57,568 nt of DNA, from positions 122,033,209 through 122,090,776 of the forward strand of contig NC_068984.1 in assembly GCF_001194135.2 (NCBI RefSeq), in the 5' to 3' direction. The DNA is from Octopus bimaculoides. Its lineage: Eukaryota. The notes beneath the pieces are model-generated. The model searched no databases and was not told the DNA's origin. It saw only the letters and a list, made by a program, of their open reading frames with translations. Position numbers and translations under genes: made by a program. How positions within the stretch are numbered: position 1 is the stretch's first letter; the number at the start of each line of letters is the position of its first letter. Below are positions 12,240 to 23,679 of the stretch, one piece after another.

Positions 12240-12900
12240 AGTCACCAGTAATTTAATATAACTCGTAATGGTGATATATTAATGAATATATAGTGTTTTA
12301 TTATTAACTTTTCAATGATGAAATAATGTATTTTACTCATAGAAATTAAATTCATTTGTGTTTTGTTTTTGAAAAATTTTTATAAGGCTTGAACTTTCAT
12401 TATAGTAGTATCTATGGAAGACCGGTGGGATTATTATTTATATGCACTTAAAGATTGATCACAACTAAGCATATTATTTAGTTACTGCAGTTTATTATTA
12501 GTACCGATACAATGTACATTGGTTATATGCCTCTTTGTTGTAGTTTTATTAAAGTTAGTACTTAATCCTGCCTATATATTCATTGATTGAAATAATGTGG
12601 TTATTAAGCTTTTACTTGTATATTACACTACAGAAGACAATAGGGATTATGACTTAATAGAGTACTCACTGTTTAGTTACTTATTTAGGAGTGGCTGTAA
12701 TTTACTTAGGGAATTTATTTAATGATACGGTTATACATAGGGTAAACGTGCTTCAAAGTTGTGGTTTGTCTGTTCCCAAACAACATTTATTTTAGTGCTG
12801 TTGACACTGCTAGATTGAATGATACTATCCAGGTGTCGAAACCATAATGATATCTGTAGGGCTGCTGATGATGGAGGTATGTTGGATTGTTGGTATGGCT
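12240..12900 (-). mobile_element. Heavily decayed Penelope-like ORF remnant (GIY-YIG-like)
   Basis: Minus-strand pieces ...LPY..., IYK...NEYIGR, EKLII...LN in the expected order, with many stops and frameshifts. Confidence 0.35.
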
Positions 12901-13067
12901 CTGGATATTTATATATATATATGTGTNNNNNNNNNNNNNNNNNNNNNNNNNNNNNNNNNNNNNNNNNNNNNNNNNNNNNNNNNNNNNNNNNNNNNNNNNN
13001 NNNNNNNNNNNNNNNNNNNNNNNNNNATATATATACATATATATATATATACATATATATACATATG

Positions 13068-13100
<33 letters not shown>

Positions 13101-13176
13101 ATATATGTGTGTGTGTGTGAGTGTGTGTATATATATATATGTGTATATATATATATGTGTGTATATATATGTGTGA

Positions 13177-13478
13177 TTGAGCATGATCATTGCCAGTGCC
13201 GCCTGACTGGTCTCATGCTGGTGGCACGTAAAAAGCACCATTCAAGCATGATTGTTGCCAGTACCACCTGACTTGCTCCCATGCCAGTTGCATGTAAAAA
13301 GCTCCATTCAAGCATGGTTGATGCCAGTACGCCTGACTGGCCCTCATGCCAGTGGCATGTAAAAAGCACCCACTACACTCTTGGAGTAGTTGGCTGGTGC
13401 AGCCTTCTGGCTTGCTACCCCTCAGTCAAACTGCCAACCCATGCCAACCCATGGAAAGTGGATGTTAAACGACGATGA
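13177..13478 (+). mobile_element. RTE-tailed SINE-like repeat with three ~66-bp internal units
   Basis: Three CATTCAAGCATG...GCCAGT...AAAAAGCAC units then the CACCCACTACACTC...GATGTTAAACGACGATG tail. Confidence 0.75.
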
Positions 13479-13585
13479 CACCTGATGAAGGCTGGAGAAT
13501 AAATCAGCCAAAATGTTGTGGTAACAACAAACAAGATGAGGACACATATCCATCCAATGTGAATAATGTAAATAATGTACAGAAT
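13479..13585 (+). mobile_element. Penelope-like terminal repeat with decayed hammerhead core (13479-13520)
   Basis: CAC-CTGATGA-A-GGCTG-GAGAATAAAT-CAGCC-AAAATGTT-GTG. Confidence 0.55.
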
Positions 13586-13679
13586 TCTCCATCTCTAACA
13601 TATAGAACAGTATCACTTTACAATATACACCAAGCTAGGATGTATATTTTATACAATTCCCCATTCATATATATATGTT

Positions 13680-13935
13680 TATGCCATGTAAAAAGCACAA
13701 CTCACCTCGCCTGTGCTTGTGCCTGTAAAAAGGACTACTCACCTTACCTGTGCTTCTTTCACGTAAAAAGCACTAAGCCCACTCTGTTGAAGGGTTGGTG
13801 TTAGGAATGGTATCCAGCTGTAAAAATCCTGCCAAAACAGTCACAGAAATCTGGTGCAGGCTTTGGCCTAGCCGGCTCTTGTGGTACCATCTCACCCAGG
13901 CTAGCATGGAAGACAGATGTTAAACAATGTTGATA
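13680..13935 (+). mobile_element. RTE-tailed SINE-like repeat (variant)
   Basis: GTAAAAAGCAC units, GGTGTTAGGAATGGTATCCAGCTGTAAAA, CTAGCATGGAAGACAGATGTTAAAC tail. Confidence 0.65.
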
Positions 13936-14896
13936 TATGGAGCCAGTTTGAAGTGAATACACTAAACTCTAAATTAACCCTACATCCAGCTTCATTCAAA
14001 TCCCTTAAGTTGCAAAAATGTTCCTTCAACTATTTCCAACAAGCCAATCCAGGAATCCTAACTGTTGAGTCATTAGGAAGTGCTTAACTTAAAATTGAAC
14101 TTTGTGTCAGTGACTTTGTTGTTGGGAAGAACAAAAACAGGAAATTGAAGTTATTGGTGAAGTTGGTATGGGTGAAATATGACAAGACAGGAAATTCATA
14201 AGGTAGTTTATTTGAGAATATAAAATAAAGGATGGGACAAAACTTGTCACTCACTGATGAGATAACATAGAAACCAGTTCAGTTGATTAAAGCTTTGTCA
14301 TTGACAAAACATCCAAAGATGGACACATACATTAAAATCAATGAATAGTATTGAATTATATGAACTGACTGTTAATAGGAATGCACTTGATATAGAGGTC
14401 AATGTACCAGGTCATACGCCAGGTGAGGCGGGTATGTTCCGATTCACAATCATTTTTGGTTTCCTATCATAACAGGCCATTTGTATTGTTTCCTCACATT
14501 CGATTAGAAAACTATAGAAGTAAATGAGCTAATTAGGGAGCCTCTGTGTGAGCTGGTGACCCTTCTGGACATTGTAGTTAATTGTTTTGCATATCATACC
14601 TTATCATGAAAAAAAAAAAAAGTGGCCACATTTGATAATGTAGTCCTAAATGTTTCGAAAAAGACAGGATGGTTATAGTTAGAATACCTGGGGGCTAAAC
14701 AGGAATGGCAATGACGACGACAACAACATTGAATGAATTTTTTAACCTTTCCTGATCGGAGCTATTCTGCACTACTGAATTCAGATTGACAATCATTGTG
14801 TGTTATAATATTTATGCATTTTGTGTAATGGCAGTAGTGGTAGCATCATCATCATCATCATCATCATTGTGTGTATGTGTGTGTGTGTGTGTGCGC

Positions 14897-14945
<49 letters not shown>

Positions 14946-14984
14946 TATAAGTGTAGGCATGACTGTGTAAGTGAGGGTGTGGTT

Positions 14985-15150
14985 GTGTAGGTGCAGGCAT
15001 GACTTTGTGTTTAAGAAGTTTGCTTCCCAACCACATGCTTTCAGTAGCACTGGATAGCACCTTGGGCAAGTGTCTTCTATTAGAGCCCTGGCCAACCAAT
15101 GCCTTGTGAGTGGATCTGGTGGATATAAAATTAAAAGAAGCCTGTTATAC
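14985..15150 (+). mobile_element. CORE-like SINE 5' half
   Basis: Head plus CACCTTGGGCAAGTGTCTTC. Confidence 0.7.
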
Positions 15151-15426
15151 ATGTGTGTGTGTATGTATGTATACACACACACACTCACACACACACACAA
15201 ACATACACAGCAGACCTAAAAGTGTTGCTCCCTGAAAGGTGTCACCCAATGCAAATCACTTTTTTGCCTCATCCCACCTAGCTTCATTACTGTTTCATCA
15301 GTCATTATAACTAAAACAAACTGCCTAGGACTCATAAAGCCAGTAACTTGGTTTCTATGGCATATAAGGAACTGAGATCACAACATTCCCCCTGAAAGGA
15401 ACACCAGTCCATCACAGGGTTCAAGG

Positions 15427-15625
15427 CCAACAATTTTGTAAGGAGGGGACAATTTGATTACATCAACCCCAATATTTGACTGGTACTATATTTTATTGAC
15501 TCTGAAGTGATGAAAGGCAAAGTTGACCTTGGCAAGATTTGAACTCATAATATAAAGAGCCAGTAGAAAATGCTGCTAAGCATTTTTGTCTGATGTGCTA
15601 ATGATTCTGCCAGTGCATCACCTTG
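15427..15625 (-). mobile_element. Meta-domain-like SINE
   Basis: GATGAAAGGCAAAGTTGACC...TTTGAACTC...GATTCTGCCAG (reverse complement of the family consensus). Confidence 0.7.
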
Positions 15626-15674
15626 GTTGTAACATGCAGGTGATTAGATATTTGCCAATGAACAGATATATACT

Positions 15675-16208
15675 CTTTTACTCTTTTACTTGTTTCAGTC
15701 ATTTGACTGTGACCATGCTGGAGCACCGCCTTTAGTCAAGCAAATCGACCCTGGGACTTATTCTTTGTAAGCCTAGTACTTATTCTATCAGTCTCTTTTT
15801 GCCGAATCGCTAGGTGACAGGGACATATACACACCAGCATCGGTTGTCAAGCAATGTTAGGGGGACAAACACAGACACACAAACATACACATACACATAC
15901 ATATATATANNNNNNNNNNNNNNNNNNNNNNNNNNNNNNNNNNNNNNNNNNNNNNNNNNNNNNNNNNNNNNNNNNNNNNNNNNNNNNNNNNNNNNNNNNN
16001 NNNNNNNNNNNNNNATATACATATATATATATATATATATACATATATACGACGGGCTTCTTTCAGTTTCCGTCTATCAAATCCACTCACAAGGCTTTGG
16101 TTGGCCCGAGGCTATAGTAGAAGACACTTCCCCAATGTGCCACGCAGTGGGACTGAACCCGGAACCATGTGGTTGGTAAGCAAGCTACTTACCACACAGC
16201 CACTCCTG
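15675..16208 (-). mobile_element. Young CORE-like SINE (tail A), gap in central microsatellite
   Basis: Near-identical to 29446-29849 on both sides of the N gap. Confidence 0.85.
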
Positions 16209-16804
16209 TACTTATATGTGGATATAGCCTCAGATATTAGTGCATAAAGCAGCAATACCAGAAACCCAGTTTTGTGATCAATTCTCAAGTGTATGTTTTA
16301 CTTTTGCACTGCTTCCATAATTGATAAATATTGACTAGATTATTTTCTAGCCCTAAAGAGCATTCCTAATCTTTATGAAGCAATTTTACCAATGATCAAA
16401 GATGTTTTGTCCATGATCATTTCATGGATATTTATTTTCAGATAGAGTATGTCTGTTCGACACTAAACAATGTGTGTTTCTTCTTTTAAATCAGTATGCA
16501 ATTTGGAGGTTATTTGGCTGCTATTTGCAGCATATTGTGCAGCTGCTCAAACAAGTTTTCAGCCTTTGTGATTCCATATACATGGTGATGAGTCAGGTGA
16601 AATGGAGAGGAAAGTTTCTGAAGAAATTTACTGGTAGTGTAGAGGTGGAAGTAAATGTGGTGACAGTAAATTTGGGAGACATCTTAGTTGAAGATTATTC
16701 AATAAGACAGCAAAATTAAGAAACACAAAGGTTTAAGAAGGTTCTGTTGAAAGTTGGGAAACAAGAATACTTGCAGGCTGTGTAATGCTTTAAAGTACTT
16801 ATTT

Positions 16805-17665
16805 TTACCTTTTATCTTTTACTTGTTTCAGTCATTAGACTGCGGGCTATAATGGGGCACCACCTCTGAGAATTTTAGTCAAACAAATTGATCCTAATAC
16901 TTATTTTATCTTGAGCCTGGTACTTAATCTATTAGTTTCTTTTACTGAACCACAAAGTTACTGGGACATATACACACCAACACTACTTGTCAAGTGGTGG
17001 TGTGGTACAAACACGGACACAAAGACACCCATAAATAAATATATATGTATGCATATATATATATATATATANNNNNNNNNNNNNNNNNNNNNNNNNNNNN
17101 NNNNNNNNNNNNNNNNNNNNNNNNNNNNNNNNNNNNNNNNNNNNNNNNNNNNNNNNNNNNNNNNNNNNNNNNNNNNNNNNNNNNNNNNNNNNNNNNNNNN
17201 NNNNNNNNNNNNNNNNNNNNNNNNNNNNNNNNNNNNNNNNNNNNNNNNNNNNNNNNNNNNNNNNNNNNNNNNNNNNNNNNNNNNNNNNNNNNNNNNNNNN
17301 NNNNNNNNNNNNNNNNNNNNNNNNNNNNNNNNNNNNNNNNNNNNNNNNNNNNNNNNNNNNNNNNNNNNNNNNNNNNNNNNNNNNNNNNNNNNNNNNNNNN
17401 NNNNNNNNNNNNNNNNNNNNNNNNNNNNNNNNNNNNNNNNNNNNNNNNNNNNNNNNNNNNNNNNNNNNNNNNNNATATATATATGTATATATATATATAT
17501 GTATATATATATAAGATGGGCTTCTTTCAGTTTCTGTCTACCAAATCCTCTCATAAAGCTTTGATCAGTTCAAGGCTATAATAGAAGACACTTGCTCAAA
17601 GTACCATGCAATAGGACTGAACCCAGAACCATGTGATTGGGTAGCAAACTTCTTAGCACATAGCC
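16805..17665 (-). mobile_element. CORE-like SINE (tail A), gap in central microsatellite
   Basis: Tail on the left and head on the right of a large N gap. Confidence 0.75.
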
Positions 17666-17829
17666 AAGTTTGTGTCTACTATCTTCCTGATGATTATTTT
17701 ACAGTAGTGGAGTAAATGACTCCCAATTAGTGGTGGTGGCAGTGGTGGTGGCAGTGGTGGTGGCAGTGGTGGTGGTTGTGGTGATCATGGGTACTTCTTT
17801 CAAGTGCTACAAGAGGTATTTTTCACCTG

Positions 17830-18470
17830 TACAAGCGTAGCACCACAGCTGTTGCTAACAACTTGGCTTTTAGAGGTTATGGACTTTGGTTGTGTGGAAA
17901 ATTGAATGAGACATGCCAGAAGGATGGTTTAGATTACCCACTTATTTGTTTTGCATTGGTCAAGAGCAAAGCAAGTTGTCATTTGAAATAGTTGTTCTAA
18001 AACTGGTGAAGTTCTAAGTTTGCTAACTTTGAAGAACCAAAAGAATTTGGATGAGGCTGGTGGGGTGGCATACATTAAGATGTGATGTGTGTTGCTTTGA
18101 TTAGAAATAAGGATGATACTGGCTGGATAAAGGTTATGTTTGATAGTGAGAAAAAGGCCAAGAATGTTTAGAGAGTGTCAGTATGTAGGCCAGAAATATG
18201 GGTAAGGGAGGAAACTAACAGGTGCAAACATTAACAAATAATTTGGCCTTTGTGCTGGCATCATCAGTGTAGAAGTAGTGCAAAGGGAAACATTTGTATA
18301 CATTGTATACATTGAAGTTACAGAGGATGTTGAGTACAGGAGAGGAGTAAAGTGAAATGGATACCCTCAATACAAAAAGTGGGAGAGTCAAATAACAGTT
18401 AGTGGTTAGAAGAGTTCAGAGATCAGAAGAGATATGAGATGAAGAAAGACTTTGTGTCAGAGTAATTTGA
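17830..18470 (-). mobile_element. L2/CR1-clade LINE RT fragment (decayed)
   Basis: Minus pieces FTPLLYS..., FYTDDA (YADD-like) and LNILGL in RT order. Confidence 0.45.
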
Positions 18471-19283
18471 AGCTTTTATTGCTGAGTGGTGGAATGGAAT
18501 CAAAATATGCACAGACATCAAATTTTCAGAAATAAATTGAAATATAGAGATGAATTAGAGCAAAGATGAGATAGCAAAAGAATTTGTGAATTTTTTTATC
18601 TCACCATTGGATATGTAAATTTCAAGCAAGGTTCCCAAACTAGCCAAAACAACAAAGTTATGGCCTAATCATCAAAGAATTGATGGTTCGTATTCCTTCA
18701 ACAGTACTGTGCAGTGATTATGGCCCAGAGAATCTGATCTCATTAAATTATTCTAATTAGTTATAAATTAATACCATAAGTAGATAAGAGCACTAAATTA
18801 TCGACAGTGTTTCACTGGATTGTAATATTTTAAAAGTACAATAAAGATAAATGTTAGTTTTGCAGTTTCTTTACAATGACAGTGGATGGAATGTACAAGA
18901 ATAGTTTCAGAATGTTTGTAGAGTACATATAGAATATAGAATTCTACATAATGTTGTTAAAATGTTGTTTGAAAGGTTATAGGATTTTATTTTATGACTT
19001 AAAAGAAAATGATTGTACTCATGAGTTTAGCCAACTCTCACTGACTAGTCAGACTGATGCAGTTGCTGTTCTGCTTAAATTTCAGTAAGCTGATAATTGC
19101 AGAAAGGGAGAGAGAGTCAGGTGGATCAGGCAAACTCGACTGGAACTGGTATGTAACTAGGTTGCTTAGAAAAGAAGAGATCATTGTAGTTGAGACAGAA
19201 AAGACAGAGTAAGGATATGTAAGGGACGACCGTGCGAACTCAAAAAGGAGATATGGTGACGAATGGAAAAACAAAGGACTCCT

Positions 19284-20049
19284 TTTATTTAAACGTGTCA
19301 CACGGTCGAACACAAAATATATATTTCAATGGATGATATACATGATATGTTATGCGACGATAACATATGTGACCAGTAATGAAAGACCACAACCGTATAA
19401 GATGAATAACAGAGATATTTATTGTAGCGTTAAAGATGTATGTCTGTGTGAGAGTGTGAATGCGACATATAAGAACATAATCAAAGACAGGCCGTCATAC
19501 AAAGAAAAGTGTGTATGTGAGTGATACATGTGTGTGAGTGTTTACAGCAGATAGAAAGAGTCAGTAAATGACACGTGAGCAATTATACCAGTTCGTTAGT
19601 ACACTATAGGAAAAGTTCTGTATGTGAAAGTGAGGAGAGGCTGAGTGTGGCAGTGCTGATCACTAGTTGTGATGTTGTGGCNNNNNNNNNNNNNNNNNNN
19701 NNNNNNNNNNNNNNNNNNNNNNNNNNNNNNNNNNNNNNNNNNNNNNNNNNNNNNNNNNNNNNNNNNNNNNNNNNNNNNNNNNNNNNNNNNNNNNNNNNNN
19801 NNNNNNNNNNNNNNNNNNNNNNNNNNNNNNNNNNNNNNNNNNNNNNNNNNNNNNNNNNNNNNNNNNNNNNNNNNNNNNNNNNNNNNNNNNNNNNNNNNNN
19901 NNNNNNNNNNNNNNNNNNNNNNNNNNNNNNNNNNNNNNNNNNNNNNNNNNNNNNNNNNNNNNNNNNNNNNNNNNNNNNNNNNNNNNNNNNNNNNNNNNNN
20001 NNNNNNNNNNNNNNNNNNNNNNNNNNNNNNNNNNNNNNNNNNNNNNCAT
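19284..20049 (-). CDS. Candidate small gene: ATG at 20049, coding sequence hidden in the 365-N gap (19682-20046), 3' UTR with AATAAA at 19423-19418 and 19289-19284
   Basis: GCCATG Kozak context abuts the gap; upstream promoter elements; CpG retention 19.2-20.4 kb; poly(A) signals downstream. The product cannot be read. Confidence 0.5.
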
Positions 20050-20310
20050 GGCTGGACGAAGCTGCTGAAGTGGTCGCTGGCTGCTGCTGCTGTCGTGTGG
20101 TACACGGAACAGTTCTCAAAGAGAAACTGGACCGAGACCAATTTGTGGGGTATGAGTTGATCTATATATAGCGTTAAGAGGGCTCCAAGACGGTGATAGA
20201 ATTTTACTCTATCACGTGACCTTATTAGGGGCTGTGATTGGTCAGTTTGCGTTCTGGCGGGAACGGTTCGAAGAAGTTGCCGATTCGAATAATAATCAGT
20301 CACGTGATGA
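20050..20310 (-). promoter_or_regulatory. Pol II promoter and 5' UTR: TATA (20170-20161), E-box ATCACGTGAC (20211-20220), CCAAT (GACCAATCA, CCAAT at 20241-20237), E-box GTCACGTGAT (20299-20308)
   Basis: Motifs seen directly, in plausible order and spacing, in a CpG-rich patch of an otherwise CpG-depleted window. Confidence 0.7.
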
Positions 20311-20419
20311 CAAGTAATGGGTTCTCTACTACGCTCGCATTTATTTATATTTAAATGAGAAGAATGGCGATAGCAGTTTTGTATCTAATGGCGGTAGGTA
20401 GTTTCACTACAGATACAAC

Positions 20420-21490
20420 AGTACAACACTTCTGTGGGCCAGTGGTTGTAGAGTTGAATGGCCTTCTTTTGGATGTGGTTTAAACACTTGTGTGTGTCGG
20501 AGCAATATCATCTCTTATGTGGGAGCACCACTCCAACATGAGTACAACTTGAGTATTGCGGAAGATTGGTAATTGATCAGAACTGAAGTATTTTATGGCT
20601 TTGAAGGAGGAGCGATTAGTCACTGAGATGCAGCTTTTGCTATACTATGTATATAGGGCTGTCAAGAAGGTTGACCACAGATTGTATTGATTTTGATTGT
20701 TTGTTTTCTAAGACTATGGATGGTAGGGTATAAGATTGTTTCCTTGATATGTATAGTTGATTGTGCTTTTAATTGCCAAACATACTATATTGTCATGGCT
20801 CCATCTGAGGTTATTTCTAAGACCTTTGTTCACAGAGACTGTAGCGATTTGGTATGAAGAGTTGTGGTTGCATATGGATGATGAATGCATGAGGAAGGTA
20901 AAGGAAAAATGAAGATGGTGTCATATACATATGACTAAATGTTAATAGAAGTTGTAGCTAATCAGTTGTTAATGTAGAGCAGGGGTTCTCAACCCTTTTG
21001 TTTTTTATCTATGGACCCCCTTTTATTATTATTTTATTCTAAAAGACCCCTATAGCTATTTGATGTTTACAAGCTAGTTTTATAGAAACTTTTTTCAATA
21101 TTTCTATTTTGTTTCTCACACATTAACTTGTGTAGGTTGAACTATGTAAAATGTTAGAGAAAGAAACCTAGCTGTTTCTAGCAATATATACTAATACATA
21201 CATCTAAAGCAAATATTTTTCAGGGGCCCTTAAAATACTATGGTGGATCCCCAATTTACCATTTTGTTGCATGGACCCCACAAAATCTTATATGGACTCC
21301 AGTTGAGAATCACTGATGTAGAGGGTGAGAAAAAACCAAACCATGGGTCACACCAGACTTGTCAGAGTGTGGGTTGTGGAGAGACTCATCAGCACACAGT
21401 GCATGGTTCTATGTGACAGGAAGCTTTTCAGTCAAAGAGATGAGAAATGGTTGAAGTGTCAAACAGGTTAGCTAAGAGATTAGTAGTGTG
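20420..21490 (-). mobile_element. L2/CR1-clade LINE fragment interrupted by a hAT MITE
   Basis: Minus FLISL...HALCADES (YADD-like, ~21380) and TQV..MLEWCSHI...LNHIQKKAIQL (~20450-20560). Confidence 0.65.
20980..21315. mobile_element. hAT/Charlie-type MITE (336 bp)
   Basis: TIRs CAGGGGTTCTCAAC / GTTGAGAATCACTG; perfect 8-bp TSD ATGTAGAG (20972-20979, 21316-21323); homologous inverted copy at 40904-41254. Confidence 0.9.
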
Positions 21491-21494
21491 TTGG

Positions 21495-21665
21495 TAGAAT
21501 ATCTATAGAACACTCATAAAGTATCAAAAGAGTATTTATAAACCTCTATATGATGTCTAAAATAGTGTGTAAAATGCTTATAGATGAAGTGTATAGACTA
21601 TCTATAGAATGAGTGTATAGAATATCTATGGTATGAGTATAGAGAATGTCTATGCAATGAGTCAC
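21495..21665. repeat. Degenerate ~24-bp minisatellite (GAGTGTATAGAATATCTATAGAAT-like)
   Basis: Recurrent TATAGA/TCTATAG blocks. Confidence 0.5.
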
Positions 21666-22057
21666 TGCATGTGTGTATGTATACAGATCCGTATGTTATG
21701 TTATGTAGAACAGAGAGGGAGGGGAGATCTATGTGAATGAAATATGAATCCATATCTCTCAATTAAGGTCCATAAGTATTTCTCACAACCCACTTCCTAA
21801 GTCTGTTTTCCTTTCTCTTTTATGAACTTATTAGACAAGGACATTTGGCCATTGTGGAATGCAAATCTCACTTAGCTCTCTCTCTTTCTCTCTCATTCTC
21901 TCTCATTCTCTCTCTACTACTCACACACACATTCATGTAGAAATGTAGATATATATACATATTATTTTTCAAGCATTGTAGGTAATATGAACAACTAAAA
22001 TTTCGTCTAAAAATGGAAAAAGGAAAATATATATTTAAAAGTGAAAAAAGAGCTTCC

Positions 22058-22093
<36 letters not shown>

Positions 22094-22259
22094 CATGCTT
22101 GTATGCATGTATGTGCATACATACATACATACATACATACATACAGAAATACATACATACACACATACATGCATGCATACATACATGCATGCATACATAC
22201 ATACATACATACATATATACATACATAAATACATGCATTAATTTTCACAAGGAAAAAGT

Positions 22260-22323
22260 TGACAGTGACTTCAAAGTTTTGACTTGCTCTCTGTCATCAG
22301 ACAAAACTTCAAAGTCACTGTCA
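22260..22323. repeat. Short inverted repeat (22-bp arms, 20-nt spacer)
   Basis: TGACAGTGACTTCAAAGTTTTG ... CAAAACTTCAAAGTCACTGTCA. Confidence 0.8.
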
Positions 22324-22435
22324 GCCTTTTTCTCTTAAAAGTTAATAGACATGTAATCTACAAAAAAGTATTAAGTAATCCTTCAGTTAATGTTAAACTG
22401 TTTTTATATATAACTTAGTATAAAACAAACATTCA

Positions 22436-22655
22436 CCCTTTAGCATTCAGATTTCTTTGTCAAATGATTTGCTTATTTATTCACATTGTTTCACATTAAT
22501 CACACATCATTTTGTAGCTTTTAGATTTGAATGGTGCGTTAGTATATTTTTAGAATGACATTGTAGGTTAAGTGTGAGAGGTTGGATCTGGTCAGTTTTA
22601 ACATATAACAAGTAGAATATTTGGGCTGAACATGGCTGGCTTAAAAGCTAAAGGG
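22436..22655 (+). mobile_element. TTAA-targeting (piggyBac-type) MITE, family 1
   Basis: ttca|CCCTTTAGCATT...AAAGCTAAAGGG|ttaa; homologous to 30525-30741 and 49219-49438. Confidence 0.75.
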
Positions 22656-22674
22656 TTAAAACAATAATAATAAT

Positions 22675-22709
<35 letters not shown>

Positions 22710-23082
22710 TCTTTTTTTTTACTCTTTTACTTGTTTCAGTCATTTGACTGCGGCCATGCTGGCGCACCACCTTTAGTCGAGCAAATCAACCCCAGGACTT
22801 ATTCTTTGTAAGCCTAGTATTTATTCTATCAGTCTCTTTTGCCGAACCGCTAAGTTACAGGGACGCACACACACCACCATCGGTTGTCAAGCGATGTTGG
22901 GGGGACAAACACAGACACACAAACATATACACACTCATACATATATACACATATATACGGCAGACTTCTTTCAGTTTCCGCCTACCAAATCCACTCACAA
23001 GGCTTTTGTCAGCCCGAGGCTATAGTAGAAGACACTTGCCCAAGATGCCACGCAGTGGGACTGAACCCGGAGCCATGTGGTT
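22710..23082 (-). mobile_element. Young CORE-like SINE (tail A), 5'-clipped
   Basis: Near-identical to 29446-29849; the head is replaced by another repeat at ~23085. Confidence 0.85.
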
Positions 23083-23084
23083 AG

Positions 23085-23265
23085 CATCTCGCTCAAATGT
23101 CTTTACATGTGCCACCGGCACGAGTGCCAGGAAGGCGACGCTGGGCACAGGTTCCATCACGATTTCGCTTTTGTTTGCCCCAACAGGTCTTCACAAGCCA
23201 AGTTTTGTGTCCTGCATAGGAGCCAGTCCAGCGGCACTGGCAACGATCTCACTCGAATGTCTGAT
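23085..23265 (-). mobile_element. 5' part of the RTE-tailed SINE-like repeat
   Basis: Reverse complement of motifs at 7090-7170 (GACATTCGAGCGAGATC..., GCCAGTGCC...GGACTGGCTCC). Confidence 0.6.
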
Positions 23266-23679
23266 TGTATTAAATACTTGTTTCTATATGTCTCTAAAAT
23301 AAACTTTCTCAAAACAAATACCACAGTTTAGAAGGCTTTCAATGATATATCTGCTGTATGTATGATACATAGATTGCTATTTTGAACTAATACTGTTTCT
23401 GTCACTAATAACGTGTGTGTGTGTCTGTGTAGATATAGTATGGCTGAATGTTTAAGAAATTTGCTTTGCAAACATGAGCTTTCTGTTTCCAGTCTACTAG
23501 TCTTGGATCAACCTACACCTGTTGAGCAAAACTGAGTAGGCAGAAACTGTATTGACACCCATCACATGGAGTGTACCTGTAATTCAAAGATCGAGTCATT
23601 TCAGACTATATCACACTGATTCTATTCGGAGGTACATGTGTCTGTTTCATCTACCACTCAGTTGCTGATATCATCATCA

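Noticed and set aside
7130-13400. Hairpin-containing ~66-bp and 26-bp repeats resembling a CRISPR array
   Set aside because: Units are contiguous with no unique spacers, sit inside a eukaryotic retroposon, and no cas genes are present.
14254-14280. CTGATGA...GAAAC as a sixth hammerhead
   Set aside because: No pairable stem II or stem I.
20250-20290. Possible heat-shock element (GAA/TTC-rich)
   Set aside because: The GAA/TTC units are off the required 5-bp nGAAn periodicity by one base, so it is not a canonical HSE.
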